A stretch of 64,000 nucleotides of DNA from a virus, in IMG/VR virus record IMGVR_UViG_3300036828_000771, positions 1 through 64,000 of that record; one strand, 5' to 3'. The position numbers and the translations under genes are program-made. This document shows positions 27,882 to 36,067 of the stretch, piece after piece (within the stretch, counting starts at the first letter, position 1; each line of letters opens with the position of its first letter). The notes beneath the pieces were generated by a model that was not told the DNA's origin, searched no databases, and saw nothing but the letters and a program-made list of their open reading frames with translations.

Positions 27882-28213
27882 GCCGCAAGCCTTTCCGCCG
27901 CGCGCTGCTGTGCACGCTGTGCGGCGCGCTCCTCCTTCTCGACCTCGGCGACCTTGACGTTCAGATCGTTCTGCACGCCAGCAACGATGTCGGCGTGCTT
28001 GTCGAGCTTGTCCTTCAGCATCCGCCAGTAGTCGCGCTGGAACGTCGACTTGCCGGCGACCCAGCGGCGGCTGGTGCGCAGGTTGACCTTGAGCGACCGC
28101 CCGAGGTCGGACTTCCAGCGCTTGCCGAAGATAGCCTTCCCCACCCGCGTCAGAAGTTGGATGTCGGCACGCTTACTCATTTCGGAATCCTTGTCGTTCA
28201 TCAGAGGGTACAT
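27878..28213 (-). CDS. HTH DNA-binding protein with C-terminal coiled coil (repressor candidate)
   Basis: FGKRWKSDLGRSLKVNLRTSRRWVAG xre/Cro-like HTH; own promoter with operator-like site over its start. Confidence 0.65.
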   Translation of the reverse strand: MYPLMNDKDSEMSKRADIQLLTRVGKAIFGKRWKSDLGRSLKVNLRTSRRWVAGKSTFQRDYWRMLKDKLDKHADIVAGVQNDLNVKVAEVEKEERAAQRAQQRAAERLAA

Positions 28214-28216
28214 GCC

Positions 28217-28245
28217 CTAATATAAGGCTCCCGCTGCCCTGTAAA
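28217..28245 (-). promoter_or_regulatory. Putative promoter for the HTH gene
   Basis: TTTACA-N17-TATTAG overlapping degenerate palindrome ATGCCCTAATATAAGGC. Confidence 0.4.
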
Positions 28246-28277
28246 CAGGGCCGCCGTGCTGATGAGCCGCATTTTCT

Positions 28278-28811
28278 CTACGCGACCTTGGCGACAGCCA
28301 GAGCCTGCTTCGCCTCGGTCAGTGCCCGGCGCAGCTTCGCCTTGATCTCGGCGAAGTAGGCGCAGCGCACTTCGGCGCGCACCAGCATCAGCGACCGGCC
28401 GAGGTTGTTCGCGCCGACACCGTTGCAGACTCCCCAGCAGGTGTCGTTCCACGTATTGCCCTCGATCAGGTGGGCCTCGTCGGTCGACATCAGCTTGCCA
28501 GCCAGTTCGGCATCGCTGAACTTGATGCGCAGCAGGTCGATCATGATGTCGTACTTCACGGTCTCCCAGTCGCGGCGCAATGCGATGCCGAAGCGGTCGA
28601 ACTGCCGGGCCTGTCCCAGCCACTTCGCCTGACCCGGCGTTTCGGCGAGGCGGATTTTCTGCTGGTAGTTCGTGTCGTGCGTCTTCGCCGCCTGATAGGC
28701 GTGCTCGGTCGTTGGCCAAAGCTGGCCCCGCCATTCGATGCGGTGCAGGTAGAAGTTCGACAGCCACTCGTAGGGCGGGGCGTCGAAGTAATCGATGGTC
28801 TTCTCAGTCAT
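28278..28811 (-). CDS. NADAR (YbiA-like) family protein
   Basis: WLSNFY, PTTEHAYQAAK, LRRDWE.VK, KF, LIEGNTWNDTCWG, G.NNLGRSLM.VR. Confidence 0.9.
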   Translation of the reverse strand: MTEKTIDYFDAPPYEWLSNFYLHRIEWRGQLWPTTEHAYQAAKTHDTNYQQKIRLAETPGQAKWLGQARQFDRFGIALRRDWETVKYDIMIDLLRIKFSDAELAGKLMSTDEAHLIEGNTWNDTCWGVCNGVGANNLGRSLMLVRAEVRCAYFAEIKAKLRRALTEAKQALAVAKVA

Positions 28812-28825
28812 TGTCTTGTCCTTTT

Positions 28826-29152
28826 TCAAATGTCGTCCATGAACTCGTTGTCGCCGAACAGCACCACGACCGGACCGGCGAGCCAGTCGTCGATGGGATG
28901 CGGCAAGCCGCGCTGCCACACCGTGGTCGCCACGACGTTGAGCCGCAGCCCCTTGTTCTTGCCGTCCTCGTCGCAGAACGCGACACAGCGGTGCACTGCG
29001 CCGCCGAGACTGATCTTGTCGAAGTAGGGCACGATCTCCAGCGAGCCGCCGTCGAGCCCGCCCTTGATGATGTCGAGTTCCGGTCGGCCGTCGATGTCGA
29101 CGCGCTTTGTCGCGAAGCTCGCCGGATAGATCACCAGCATAGTGCCCTTCAT
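28826..29152 (-). CDS. DUF3846-like protein
   Basis: GGSLEIV..CDEDGK.KGL.LN..AT..LAGPVV. Confidence 0.65.
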   Translation of the reverse strand: MKGTMLVIYPASFATKRVDIDGRPELDIIKGGLDGGSLEIVPYFDKISLGGAVHRCVAFCDEDGKNKGLRLNVVATTVWQRGLPHPIDDWLAGPVVVLFGDNEFMDDI

Positions 29153-30411
29153 GGAATCCTCGCTTGGTGGTCGAGCTTGACCACGTAATCCTTTTTCACC
29201 CATCCTAAGCTGGCATCGCCTCGGACGTGCTCGTGGATGAACCGGCCGTAGGCCATGCACTTGCCGCACAGGCGATAGCCGTCGACATGGTCGTACTCCC
29301 AGTCGTGCTGCTCGGCCGCGCAGTGCTGCTCGTGCAGGTACGTGCGCCAGTGGCCACGCACCTCGTGCGCCCGGTGCTTGCGCTCGACGTTACTGAGGTA
29401 GCGTTCGAGGTACGGGATCGGCCTCGTCTTCGGCAGCCGCAGCGTGCACTTGTGGTAGTCGACGAAGTTGTGGCGCGTCGCACCGGCACGCATCGAGTGA
29501 CTGGGCTGGATGTGATCGGTGCGCACCGGCACTTCGTTCAGCATCCCGAGCGCCGCGACCAGCCAGCGAATCTGGCCCATGAACTCGCGGGCCTCGATGA
29601 CCGTCGCCCGATTCAGATTGTCTTCCTGTCCGCGATGGACGAACACGTCGAAGAACGAGGCATGCAATCGGCTGAGGCCCAGAACACCATGGCGTTCCAG
29701 AAAGACCGGCGTCTTCAGTCCTCGCGGATCGAGAAGCTCGCTGACGCTGCCAGCCCTCTTGCGTGTCTCCAGCTTGCCGTCAGCGTAGCCCCACAGGGCC
29801 GCCGTCCGCAGGAAGGCAGGAAGGCTGGGAGAGAATGGCGTACAACCGAAATGGTCGGTGGTGAAGTCGCGCTCGACCGTCGAGAAGAAGTAGGACACCT
29901 GATGCGGCAGCACTCCGTTCGCGATCTCGCTGACCAGCGAGCACACCGCGTCGGTGTCGTTGATCCGCTGGATCAGCATCCCGAGTCTCGGCGGAACATC
30001 GCTCAGGTCTGATGGGGTGCCCGCGATCTCATTCGCGACGCGCACCTTCACCCGGCAATCGAACTCGATCCACGTCGTCTCGTAGGGCAGCGTGGCGTAC
30101 TGCAATCGCGCGAGCGTCTTCTCCGCCGTGGCAGCGGCCATGCGGGTGACGTACTCGGTGAACTCGTTGTCGAGCACGAAGCGGTGGGCCTTGCGCATGT
30201 CGATGCGGTACTGCAACAGCGCGGCCTCGGCCTGCCTCTTGTATCGCCCGGGCATCCCGATGAAGGGAGTAGGCAGCTTGTAGGTGGCGGCCATGAACTG
30301 GTCGGCCAGCGTCGGCTCCTCCTTCCCCATGTTGCCGAGGATGTGCGAAGCAACCGCCAAGGCTGGCGATTGCTTGAACAGTTCTTTATCGATTGGCAGA
30401 GGCGGCTTCAT
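29149..30411 (-). CDS. Large hypothetical protein with HEVRGHWR motif
   Basis: 420 aa; ATG chosen just downstream of a strong promoter; C-terminal RAHEVRGHWR..CGKC..HVRGD. Confidence 0.7.
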   Translation of the reverse strand: MKPPLPIDKELFKQSPALAVASHILGNMGKEEPTLADQFMAATYKLPTPFIGMPGRYKRQAEAALLQYRIDMRKAHRFVLDNEFTEYVTRMAAATAEKTLARLQYATLPYETTWIEFDCRVKVRVANEIAGTPSDLSDVPPRLGMLIQRINDTDAVCSLVSEIANGVLPHQVSYFFSTVERDFTTDHFGCTPFSPSLPAFLRTAALWGYADGKLETRKRAGSVSELLDPRGLKTPVFLERHGVLGLSRLHASFFDVFVHRGQEDNLNRATVIEAREFMGQIRWLVAALGMLNEVPVRTDHIQPSHSMRAGATRHNFVDYHKCTLRLPKTRPIPYLERYLSNVERKHRAHEVRGHWRTYLHEQHCAAEQHDWEYDHVDGYRLCGKCMAYGRFIHEHVRGDASLGWVKKDYVVKLDHQARIP

Positions 30412-30412
30412 G

Positions 30413-30450
30413 ATGTCCCTAATATAGGGCACCCTATATTAGTTCTCAAG
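30413..30450 (-). promoter_or_regulatory. RpoD-type promoter with 20-bp operator
   Basis: CTTGAG-N17-CTATAT; palindrome ATGTCCCTAATATAGGGCAC at 30413-30432 covers the -10. Confidence 0.75.
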
Positions 30451-30460
30451 GGCTCGTCGC

Positions 30461-30850
30461 TCATGGCGACACTATCCCCAGCGCCATCGCGAAGAACCAT
30501 CCGACCGGCAGGAGCACGATCAGGCTCACCGCGATGAGAGCAAGGCTGCCGGTGCTGGCGGCGGGCGACGGCGGGACCACCACCGCCTTGCCACCAGAAG
30601 CCGCCACGGCGGCCAGAAGCTCGCGGTGCTGTTGGTCGCGCTTGGCGACCTCGGCGTTGGTCTCACCCGAGCACGCCCAGATGAAGGCGATGAACCAGCC
30701 GATCAGAGTCCAGCCGAGGCACAGGTTGACGAAGAACACGCCAGTCGTGCCGTTGGCCTTGCCGCGCACCGTCGCGATGACGGTCGGCAGGAAGTAGCAG
30801 GCCAGCGCGATCAGAATCAGGATCAGGCCGCCCGTTGCGTCGGCGTTCAT
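30461..30850 (-). CDS. Superinfection immunity (T4 Imm-like) membrane protein
   Basis: YFLPTVIA..R...FFVNLCLGWTLIGWFIAFIWA; ATGA-coupled start. Confidence 0.85.
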   Translation of the reverse strand: MNADATGGLILILIALACYFLPTVIATVRGKANGTTGVFFVNLCLGWTLIGWFIAFIWACSGETNAEVAKRDQQHRELLAAVAASGGKAVVVPPSPAASTGSLALIAVSLIVLLPVGWFFAMALGIVSP

Positions 30851-31014
30851 GGCCGGCTCCACGCGCTCAGGTCGGCCGGCAAGTTGAGCGAGTCAAACCC
30901 CGCAGGCATGCTGCCATGGTAGCTGCTGATAGCAGCCGCCAGCGCCACGACAGCGACAGCGACAGCAAGAAAGGTCAGAAACGCGCGCCCTTCTACGCGC
31001 TTGTTGTAAAACAC
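30847..31014 (-). CDS. Small membrane/exported protein
   Basis: GTG after GGAGAG RBS; hydrophobic FLTFLAVAVAVVALAAAI. Confidence 0.45.
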   Translation of the reverse strand: MFYNKRVEGRAFLTFLAVAVAVVALAAAISSYHGSMPAGFDSLNLPADLSAWSRP

Positions 31015-31038
31015 AGGTCTCTCCAGTTGACAGTTAAT

Positions 31039-31584
31039 GGGCGGAATTGCCCTTCGACTCCGTGCGAGCACCGCACGGTTCAGCGCCTCGACCGAGCCTT
31101 GCCCGAAGTCCGGGTGCGGTTCGGTCGCGCGGTCCTGACGTGCCCGAATCTCGGCCATCACTTCGTCGATCTTTTTCACGCAGCGGCCTGCCAAGCGTCG
31201 GCAAGGTTGCTGCTCGATGGCGCGAGAATGTTGTACCAGTCACACTCATAGACACGCTCGCGCTCAGCGTCGGGGTCGACGCCGGGCGGCATGTAGCCCG
31301 GGCGGCCCGTCTCTCTGGCGACCACCAGACAGTTGAGCAGCGGCAGGTCGTTCTGCTGGCAGTATTGCAGGATGCAGCCAAGGATTTCGTCGAGCACGCC
31401 ATGGCTGCGGCGGTGGAACATCAACTCGCCCAGTTGGGCGTAGGTGATGGTCTGTCGGTTCATGCCGTGTCCAATGAGGATTTGCCACGCCTGAACGGCC
31501 CGCACGGGCCGCACGCTGCTCGGATTGAAACGTACACTCATCTCGACACTCCCTTTCTATCGGGCGGAATTGCCCTTCGACTCC
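31039..31584. repeat. 23-bp direct repeat (31039-31061 and 31562-31584)
   Basis: GGGCGGAATTGCCCTTCGACTCC identical twice; related copy at 32942-32955. Confidence 0.9.
31176..31541 (-). CDS. Hypothetical protein, probable winged-helix
   Basis: RQTITYAQLG..LG.I..YC...DLPLL..LVV...TG.PG; RBS AAGGGAG. Confidence 0.6.
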   Translation of the reverse strand: MSVRFNPSSVRPVRAVQAWQILIGHGMNRQTITYAQLGELMFHRRSHGVLDEILGCILQYCQQNDLPLLNCLVVARETGRPGYMPPGVDPDAERERVYECDWYNILAPSSSNLADAWQAAA

Positions 31585-31621
31585 TAAAGCCCGCGCCAGC
31601 TTTTCAGGGCTGGGCGGGCTG
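31576..31621 (-). promoter_or_regulatory. Bulged-hairpin leader element D
   Basis: AGCCCGC-CCAGC-loop-GCTGG-C-GCGGGCT-TT-AGGAGTC. Confidence 0.55.
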
Positions 31622-31644
31622 GTAGGGCGGGGGAACCAACTTGC

Positions 31645-31801
31645 CTTCAATGCAGACGGTCTGGCAGAAGACCGCCGCGTGACTCGGTTTGACCATGGCC
31701 TCGTCCAACGACTAGGGGAGGGAAACGAGGCTTAGGCAGCAGTGGCTTGGTGTTCCGGGCTGCCCCCGGGCAACCCTGAAAGCGTCACGCCCCTCCTGAA
31801 G
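31645..31801. ncRNA. Candidate structured RNA
   Basis: Nested stems GCGTGAC/GTCACGC, GGGTTGCC/GGCAGCCC, GCCTCGT/ACGAGGC; no credible ORF. Confidence 0.35.
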
Positions 31802-31835
31802 AAGTGACCCGGGGCCGTAACCCCGGGCCGTCGCG

Positions 31836-32924
31836 TTACTGGGCCAGTTCGAGGAGCTTGCCGCCCTCCTTCTCCAGTTCGACGCGGGCGTCCTGATGGA
31901 CGATGCCGCGCGCCTTGGCCGTCACTGCCGTGGCCGCATCGAACAGGGTCTCAATCGGGCGACCCTCTTCGAGCTTGTGGACCTCCTGAAGCTGGGCAGC
32001 CATGCCGCGCGAGAAGCGCTTGGCCAGCCACTCATCGACGTTGTCGATGCGCTTTTCCTTGGCGGCCTCGATAGCCTTCACGACGTTCGTCGCCGAGGAG
32101 TTCGCGTAGCTCGTCAGAGCCGGGGCCATCTGCTCCAGCCACTTGTCGGGAGCGCTCACCGTGTGGCGGATGGTGATCTGCTTGTACTCGGCAGCACCCC
32201 ACACGATGCGGTTCATGCAGACGTAGTCGAACAGGAAGGTCGCCACGCCGAAGGTCTTGTCGCCGACCTCCGAGTTCCACACGAAGAACCCGCGAGCCAT
32301 CGCGCCGGTCTCGCCGTTGCGGCGATTCGGAATCTCGATGCGGTTCTGCTCGTCGGCGAGGAACACGAACATATCGCGGTCGCCGGCATAGAGCGTGGTG
32401 TTGGACTTGTTGACCGTCACGGCCTTGCCGAACTCGCCCGGCACCTTGAACCGGCCGGTGACGCCATCGCCCACCGCCTGAATCAGGCCGCGCACGATGC
32501 CAGAGTTCCAGATGCGGCCATAGTTCGGGCCGGTGGCGCAGCGCAGGATGTTGCTGCCGTTCTGCTGGAGCAGGACGCCAACGTCTTCCACGTCGCGCTT
32601 GTACTGGAGTCCGTAGTTGATGCAGTCGGCGGCCAGAGGGGCCGGCAACGTGCGGAGGTAGCCGCCCGGCGACTTCGCGAGGCTCGCGAGTTGGCCGAAG
32701 GCGTGGTTGGTGGGAGCGTAGGCGTGCCCGTTGGGGCCGACTACCATGAGCGCCTTGCTGTCGCTCGGGACAGGCTGCAACTCGATCTTGCGGCTCGACA
32801 CCGTCAGGGCGCGAGACTGCTCACGGACCCGGTCGAAATGCTCCTGCATCTCGGGAAGGGACGTAAACCGCTCGTCATCCGGTCGGCTCGACCACTGGTG
32901 GCTGGCTTGCATTAACGTAGACAA
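31836..32924 (-). CDS. DUF932/DUF945-family protein
   Basis: QWSSRPDDERFTSL, YGRIWN, LYAGDRDMFVFLAD, RGFFVWNSEVG, VCMNRIVWG. Confidence 0.8.
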   Translation of the reverse strand: MSTLMQASHQWSSRPDDERFTSLPEMQEHFDRVREQSRALTVSSRKIELQPVPSDSKALMVVGPNGHAYAPTNHAFGQLASLAKSPGGYLRTLPAPLAADCINYGLQYKRDVEDVGVLLQQNGSNILRCATGPNYGRIWNSGIVRGLIQAVGDGVTGRFKVPGEFGKAVTVNKSNTTLYAGDRDMFVFLADEQNRIEIPNRRNGETGAMARGFFVWNSEVGDKTFGVATFLFDYVCMNRIVWGAAEYKQITIRHTVSAPDKWLEQMAPALTSYANSSATNVVKAIEAAKEKRIDNVDEWLAKRFSRGMAAQLQEVHKLEEGRPIETLFDAATAVTAKARGIVHQDARVELEKEGGKLLELAQ

Positions 32925-32961
32925 CTGATCTTCTCCTTGGTGGGCGGAAATGCCCGTTTCG

Positions 32962-33016
32962 ATGTCCTCTATTTAGGGTGTCCACGTCCTGATTGCAAGC
33001 CCTAATTTTAGGGCCG
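32962..33016 (-). promoter_or_regulatory. RpoD-type promoter flanked by two operators
   Basis: CTTGCA-N17-CTAAAT (32971-32999); palindromes at 32962-32981 and 32997-33016. Confidence 0.7.
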
Positions 33017-33029
33017 GTTTTACGGGGTT

Positions 33030-33449
33030 TCACTCGCCTCGCAGGTCGACCGACGCGGGTTCCTGTTGCGGCTCCTCGTCGTCGAGCGCCGACTGGAACG
33101 ACTGGCCGATGTATTCCTTGATGAAGTTGCGGTCGCGCCCGGAGACCGAAAGATGGAAGCAAAACGCCAGACTGGGCAGCACCGTCACGGTGTGCTCGGT
33201 CCAGCCGTCGTACATGCCGTTCTCGTCCATGTGATGGAACGAGGTCGTGAAGACGAGCTTGTCCCCATTGGACTTGTCGAGATCGATCTTGGTGCCGGCG
33301 TCGAAGCCTCCGCCGCTCGGCAGGTGATCGCGCACCAGCTTGAGCAGCCGCTCCTCGTGGCGCTCTCGCCATTCCGCCTTGTCGGTATCGATGCAGGCCT
33401 TGCGGGCCATCACCAGACTGGCCAACGCTTGGTAAAGTTTCCTTCTCAT
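33030..33449 (-). CDS. Conserved-looking phage hypothetical protein
   Basis: LPSGGGFDAGT..FHHMDENGMYDGWTEH. Confidence 0.6.
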   Translation of the reverse strand: MRRKLYQALASLVMARKACIDTDKAEWRERHEERLLKLVRDHLPSGGGFDAGTKIDLDKSNGDKLVFTTSFHHMDENGMYDGWTEHTVTVLPSLAFCFHLSVSGRDRNFIKEYIGQSFQSALDDEEPQQEPASVDLRGE

Positions 33450-33727
33450 GGTGTCGCCTCATCCTCGGCATAGGCCGATTCGATGCGCTGGCCTGTGTCG
33501 GAACAGAACAGCGCCGGGTCCTCCCAGTTGATGTCGACGCCGGCCGGCAGCCAGCCGTCGTTGTCGTGGTCGCGGATCGATTCGAGGATCAGCCGGCGGT
33601 TCGTCTTCGCTGACTCGAAGCTCAGCGCCTCGCCGTCAGCCATCACGAAGTAGCGCGGGTAGCCACCGGGCCACGCCCATTTGCCGTAGCGCATGTCGCG
33701 CCGGAAGTCGGAGATGGTGTAGGTCAT
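33446..33727 (-). CDS. Conserved-looking phage hypothetical protein
   Basis: AWPGGYP..DGEAL..INWED..LFC..IESAY. Confidence 0.65.
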   Translation of the reverse strand: MTYTISDFRRDMRYGKWAWPGGYPRYFVMADGEALSFESAKTNRRLILESIRDHDNDGWLPAGVDINWEDPALFCSDTGQRIESAYAEDEATP

Positions 33728-34008
33728 GCGTCCCTCCGGGCCGTCCGGGCATCGACCTGAGCGCTGATGTTCAGGGCGATAGCCAGAAGCTCGCTGCGCA
33801 CTTTCTCCAGCGCGGCGATGCGCGCGGCGTGCTGGGCGAAGGCCGTCGAGGCGGCCTCGCTGCTGATCGGGTAGTAGTCCCGACCGTGGCAGGTGATGGC
33901 CTTCGTGAAGTCGATGGCCGTCTGGACGGCATCCATGGCGAGCATGTATTCGGCCAGCAGTTGCGGACCATGGGTGCCGTTCAGGTTGATGCGGGGGAAT
34001 TGGGTCAT
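33724..34008 (-). CDS. Hypothetical protein
   Basis: INLNGT..HGRDYY motif; RBS GAGGT. Confidence 0.6.
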   Translation of the reverse strand: MTQFPRINLNGTHGPQLLAEYMLAMDAVQTAIDFTKAITCHGRDYYPISSEAASTAFAQHAARIAALEKVRSELLAIALNISAQVDARTARRDA

Positions 34009-34011
34009 GGC

Positions 34012-34635
34012 TTAGACCTCGCCCGGATCGGCGTTGATCGCTTCGTCGCGCGCGTCGGAGAGCTTCGACTCGTACTCTTCGTCGGCTTCGCGCTGGCGCT
34101 CGGCGCAGTCGCTCTGGTAGTCCTCCCACAGGAGGTACGCCCATTCGATCAGGTCGCCCAGTTCGGCCGGCTGCGGCGTCGCATCGTTGTCGAGGAACTC
34201 CTCAAACGCCGGATGCTCCGCTTCCTCGCGCGTGACTTCATCGAGGTTCTCGATGTCGCTCGCCCATGATTCGCAGTTGTCGATGCGCTCCTGCAACATC
34301 TCGCCGGTCGCGCCCTGCTGGAGTCCTTCCGGCATATTGTCCAGCGACGACTGGCACTCCTCGCCAAGCTCGCGGATGCGGCCGGCGATGTCCTGAAGCG
34401 AGTCGCTCAAGGTTTCGTCGAGCGCCAGTTCGGCGATCTCCTCTTGGAAGCCGCGCCACTGCGACTTGAAGTTTGAACGCGTCAATTGGCTGGGCTTGGG
34501 GTACGTCTTGCTGACGACCTTGGTCCCCGGGCCAGTCTGATTCTTGAACGTCCACCAGAAATAGCTGTCGCCCGGCACGACGCCGATGCTCGGTATGGCC
34601 TTGCGGGCCTTCTCGACTTTGTTGACTCTCGGCAT
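34012..34635 (-). CDS. Hypothetical protein with acidic C-terminus
   Basis: GDSYFWW..PKPSQLT..LDNMPEGLQ. Confidence 0.6.
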   Translation of the reverse strand: MPRVNKVEKARKAIPSIGVVPGDSYFWWTFKNQTGPGTKVVSKTYPKPSQLTRSNFKSQWRGFQEEIAELALDETLSDSLQDIAGRIRELGEECQSSLDNMPEGLQQGATGEMLQERIDNCESWASDIENLDEVTREEAEHPAFEEFLDNDATPQPAELGDLIEWAYLLWEDYQSDCAERQREADEEYESKLSDARDEAINADPGEV

Positions 34636-34659
34636 TGATGAAAATTCCTGTTTCCTTTG

Positions 34660-34702
34660 CTGCCCTAGATGTAGGACATGCAATGTCCTAAATCAAGCCC
34701 TG
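34660..34702 (-). promoter_or_regulatory. RpoD-type promoter with operators
   Basis: CTTGAT-N17-CTACAT (34669-34697); CTGCCCTAGATGTAGGACAT at 34660-34679 and a partial site at 34683. Confidence 0.7.
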
Positions 34703-34852
34703 CAACCGTTCTAGGGTGCCGAGGTAGTTAGCGGGCCTGAAGCCGCCGCGATCAATCCACACCGCGAGATCGAGCAAGCCTAGCGTCGCTTCCTCGAAGT
34801 CGCGGTCGGAGATCGCTCGCTCGATGCGCTCCATGCAGGCGTTGGGGTCCAT
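34688..34852 (-). CDS. Small hypothetical protein (54 aa, not in ORF track)
   Basis: MDPNAC...L..W..RGGF.P; TAATG coupling to upstream gene. Confidence 0.6.
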   Translation of the reverse strand: MDPNACMERIERAISDRDFEEATLGLLDLAVWIDRGGFRPANYLGTLERLQGLI

Positions 34853-35466
34853 TACTTCCACCTCTTGAGCCAGCTAGGGCCGAACTGGTTGCGGACTTGC
34901 CGCAGCAGGTGGCCGTTCGGCTCGCGCGCGTCGGCACCGTTCATCCAGCAGGTGATCAGGTGCTCTTTCCAGCCGCCACTTTTGGTCGCGTATTTGACGG
35001 CGAAGGCCTGCACGGCTTGAAGCTGCTCCGGGGTCGGGGTCTGGCTCAGGTCGGTGTCGTTGGCGTTCACGATCATCGCCATGGAGTAGTTGCCGAACGG
35101 CTTGAACTGCTCGACGCCCTCGTAGACGTACAGCCGGCGCTTGACGATCTTGCCATCCACCTCGGTGGTGATGGTCTTGTCCGTGCGGGCCTTGATCGGG
35201 AAGTGCGCGAAAAGCTGACTGTCGCCAGTGAAGCTGTCGCTGTAGGTCTTGCCGACCTCGAAGCGTTTGACGGTCGGCGGGTTCACCATTTCTTCCGGCG
35301 CATTGATGCCGTAGCCGCCGCGATGCACCTTGTCCGGGTCGACCTTCTCGCGCTCGGCGATCCAGTCCTCGGCTTGCTTCACGGTGTCGACGCGGGCGAC
35401 GACCACCAGCCGGTCGCCCGGTTTGGTCGCGCTCTCTTCGTCGGTGATAGTCACTTGCTTGCGCAT
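34852..35466 (-). CDS. Hypothetical protein, apparently multi-module
   Basis: RBS GAAAGGA; FEVGKTY and LRQVRNQFGPSWL segments. Confidence 0.6.
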   Translation of the reverse strand: MRKQVTITDEESATKPGDRLVVVARVDTVKQAEDWIAEREKVDPDKVHRGGYGINAPEEMVNPPTVKRFEVGKTYSDSFTGDSQLFAHFPIKARTDKTITTEVDGKIVKRRLYVYEGVEQFKPFGNYSMAMIVNANDTDLSQTPTPEQLQAVQAFAVKYATKSGGWKEHLITCWMNGADAREPNGHLLRQVRNQFGPSWLKRWK

Positions 35467-35472
35467 GTCATT

Positions 35473-35524
35473 GTCCTTTCGACGCCTCGACCCCGCACCG
35501 GGTTCTCAGGCCCGGGCGGGGTTG
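35473..35524 (-). promoter_or_regulatory. Bulged-hairpin leader element A
   Basis: CAACCCCGC-CCGGG-loop-CCCGG-T-GCGGGG-TCG-AGGCGTC-GAAAGGAC. Confidence 0.65.
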
Positions 35525-35527
35525 GCT

Positions 35528-35593
35528 TCAGATGTGGATCACTGCGTCGAGCAGGATCATCAGCAGGGTGAGGACGAGCGCGGCCATCAGCAT
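35528..35593 (-). CDS. 21-aa hydrophobic peptide
   Basis: AAGGAG-N4-ATG; MLMAALVLTLLMILLDAVIHI*. Confidence 0.45.
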   Translation of the reverse strand: MLMAALVLTLLMILLDAVIHI

Positions 35594-35601
35594 GGGACTC
35601 C

Positions 35602-35805
35602 TTACTGCCGGATCGTCTCGACGAAGGTGGCGATACGGTCGCCCAGCACTTCGTCGGTGACGCCCTCGGCGATGGCCTTGTGGCCCTCGCGGAAGACCTT
35701 GCCGATGTCCATCACACTGATCTGGACACCGCAGCAGCGGGTTCTGTAGGCCTCCTCGATTCGCAGGTCGTCGCGCTTGGCCTGAGCCTTGGTCGGTTTA
35801 CGCAT
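35602..35805 (-). CDS. Hypothetical protein
   Basis: RBS GAGGAG. Confidence 0.55.
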   Translation of the reverse strand: MRKPTKAQAKRDDLRIEEAYRTRCCGVQISVMDIGKVFREGHKAIAEGVTDEVLGDRIATFVETIRQ

Positions 35806-36004
35806 TGGCCGACTCCTCGTTGAACTTGCGACCCGTGCCTTCCCAGTAGGTCGCCGTCACTTGGAAACCCTCGCTCTCGGGGAACCGATGGCGGATCGAG
35901 GCGAGCACGTCCAAGACGTGAGCGCGGTCGGTGCCGCTGCGGGGCGCGGTAGCGAAAAAGTGTCGGCCGTTCAGGCTGACGTTGATCTCGACGTGGCTTT
36001 GCAT
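35798..36004 (-). CDS. Hypothetical protein
   Basis: EINVSLNGRHFFAT..FPESEGF.V; RBS GAAAGGA. Confidence 0.6.
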   Translation of the reverse strand: MQSHVEINVSLNGRHFFATAPRSGTDRAHVLDVLASIRHRFPESEGFQVTATYWEGTGRKFNEESANA

Positions 36005-36010
36005 GGTGTA

Positions 36011-36061
36011 GTCCTTTCGACTCCTCGACCCCGCTCACGGGTCCTAGCCGTGGCGGGGTTG
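36011..36061 (-). promoter_or_regulatory. Bulged-hairpin leader element B
   Basis: CAACCCCGC-CACGG-loop-CCGTG-A-GCGGGG-TCG-AGGAGTC-GAAAGGAC. Confidence 0.65.
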
Positions 36062-36067
36062 TTGGGG

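Noticed and set aside
30847-31194. 115-aa ORF as a single gene
   Set aside because: Its middle spans the repeated leader hairpins and an internal RBS-GTG at 31014; the shorter gene is preferred, though an upstream GTG at 31179 cannot be excluded
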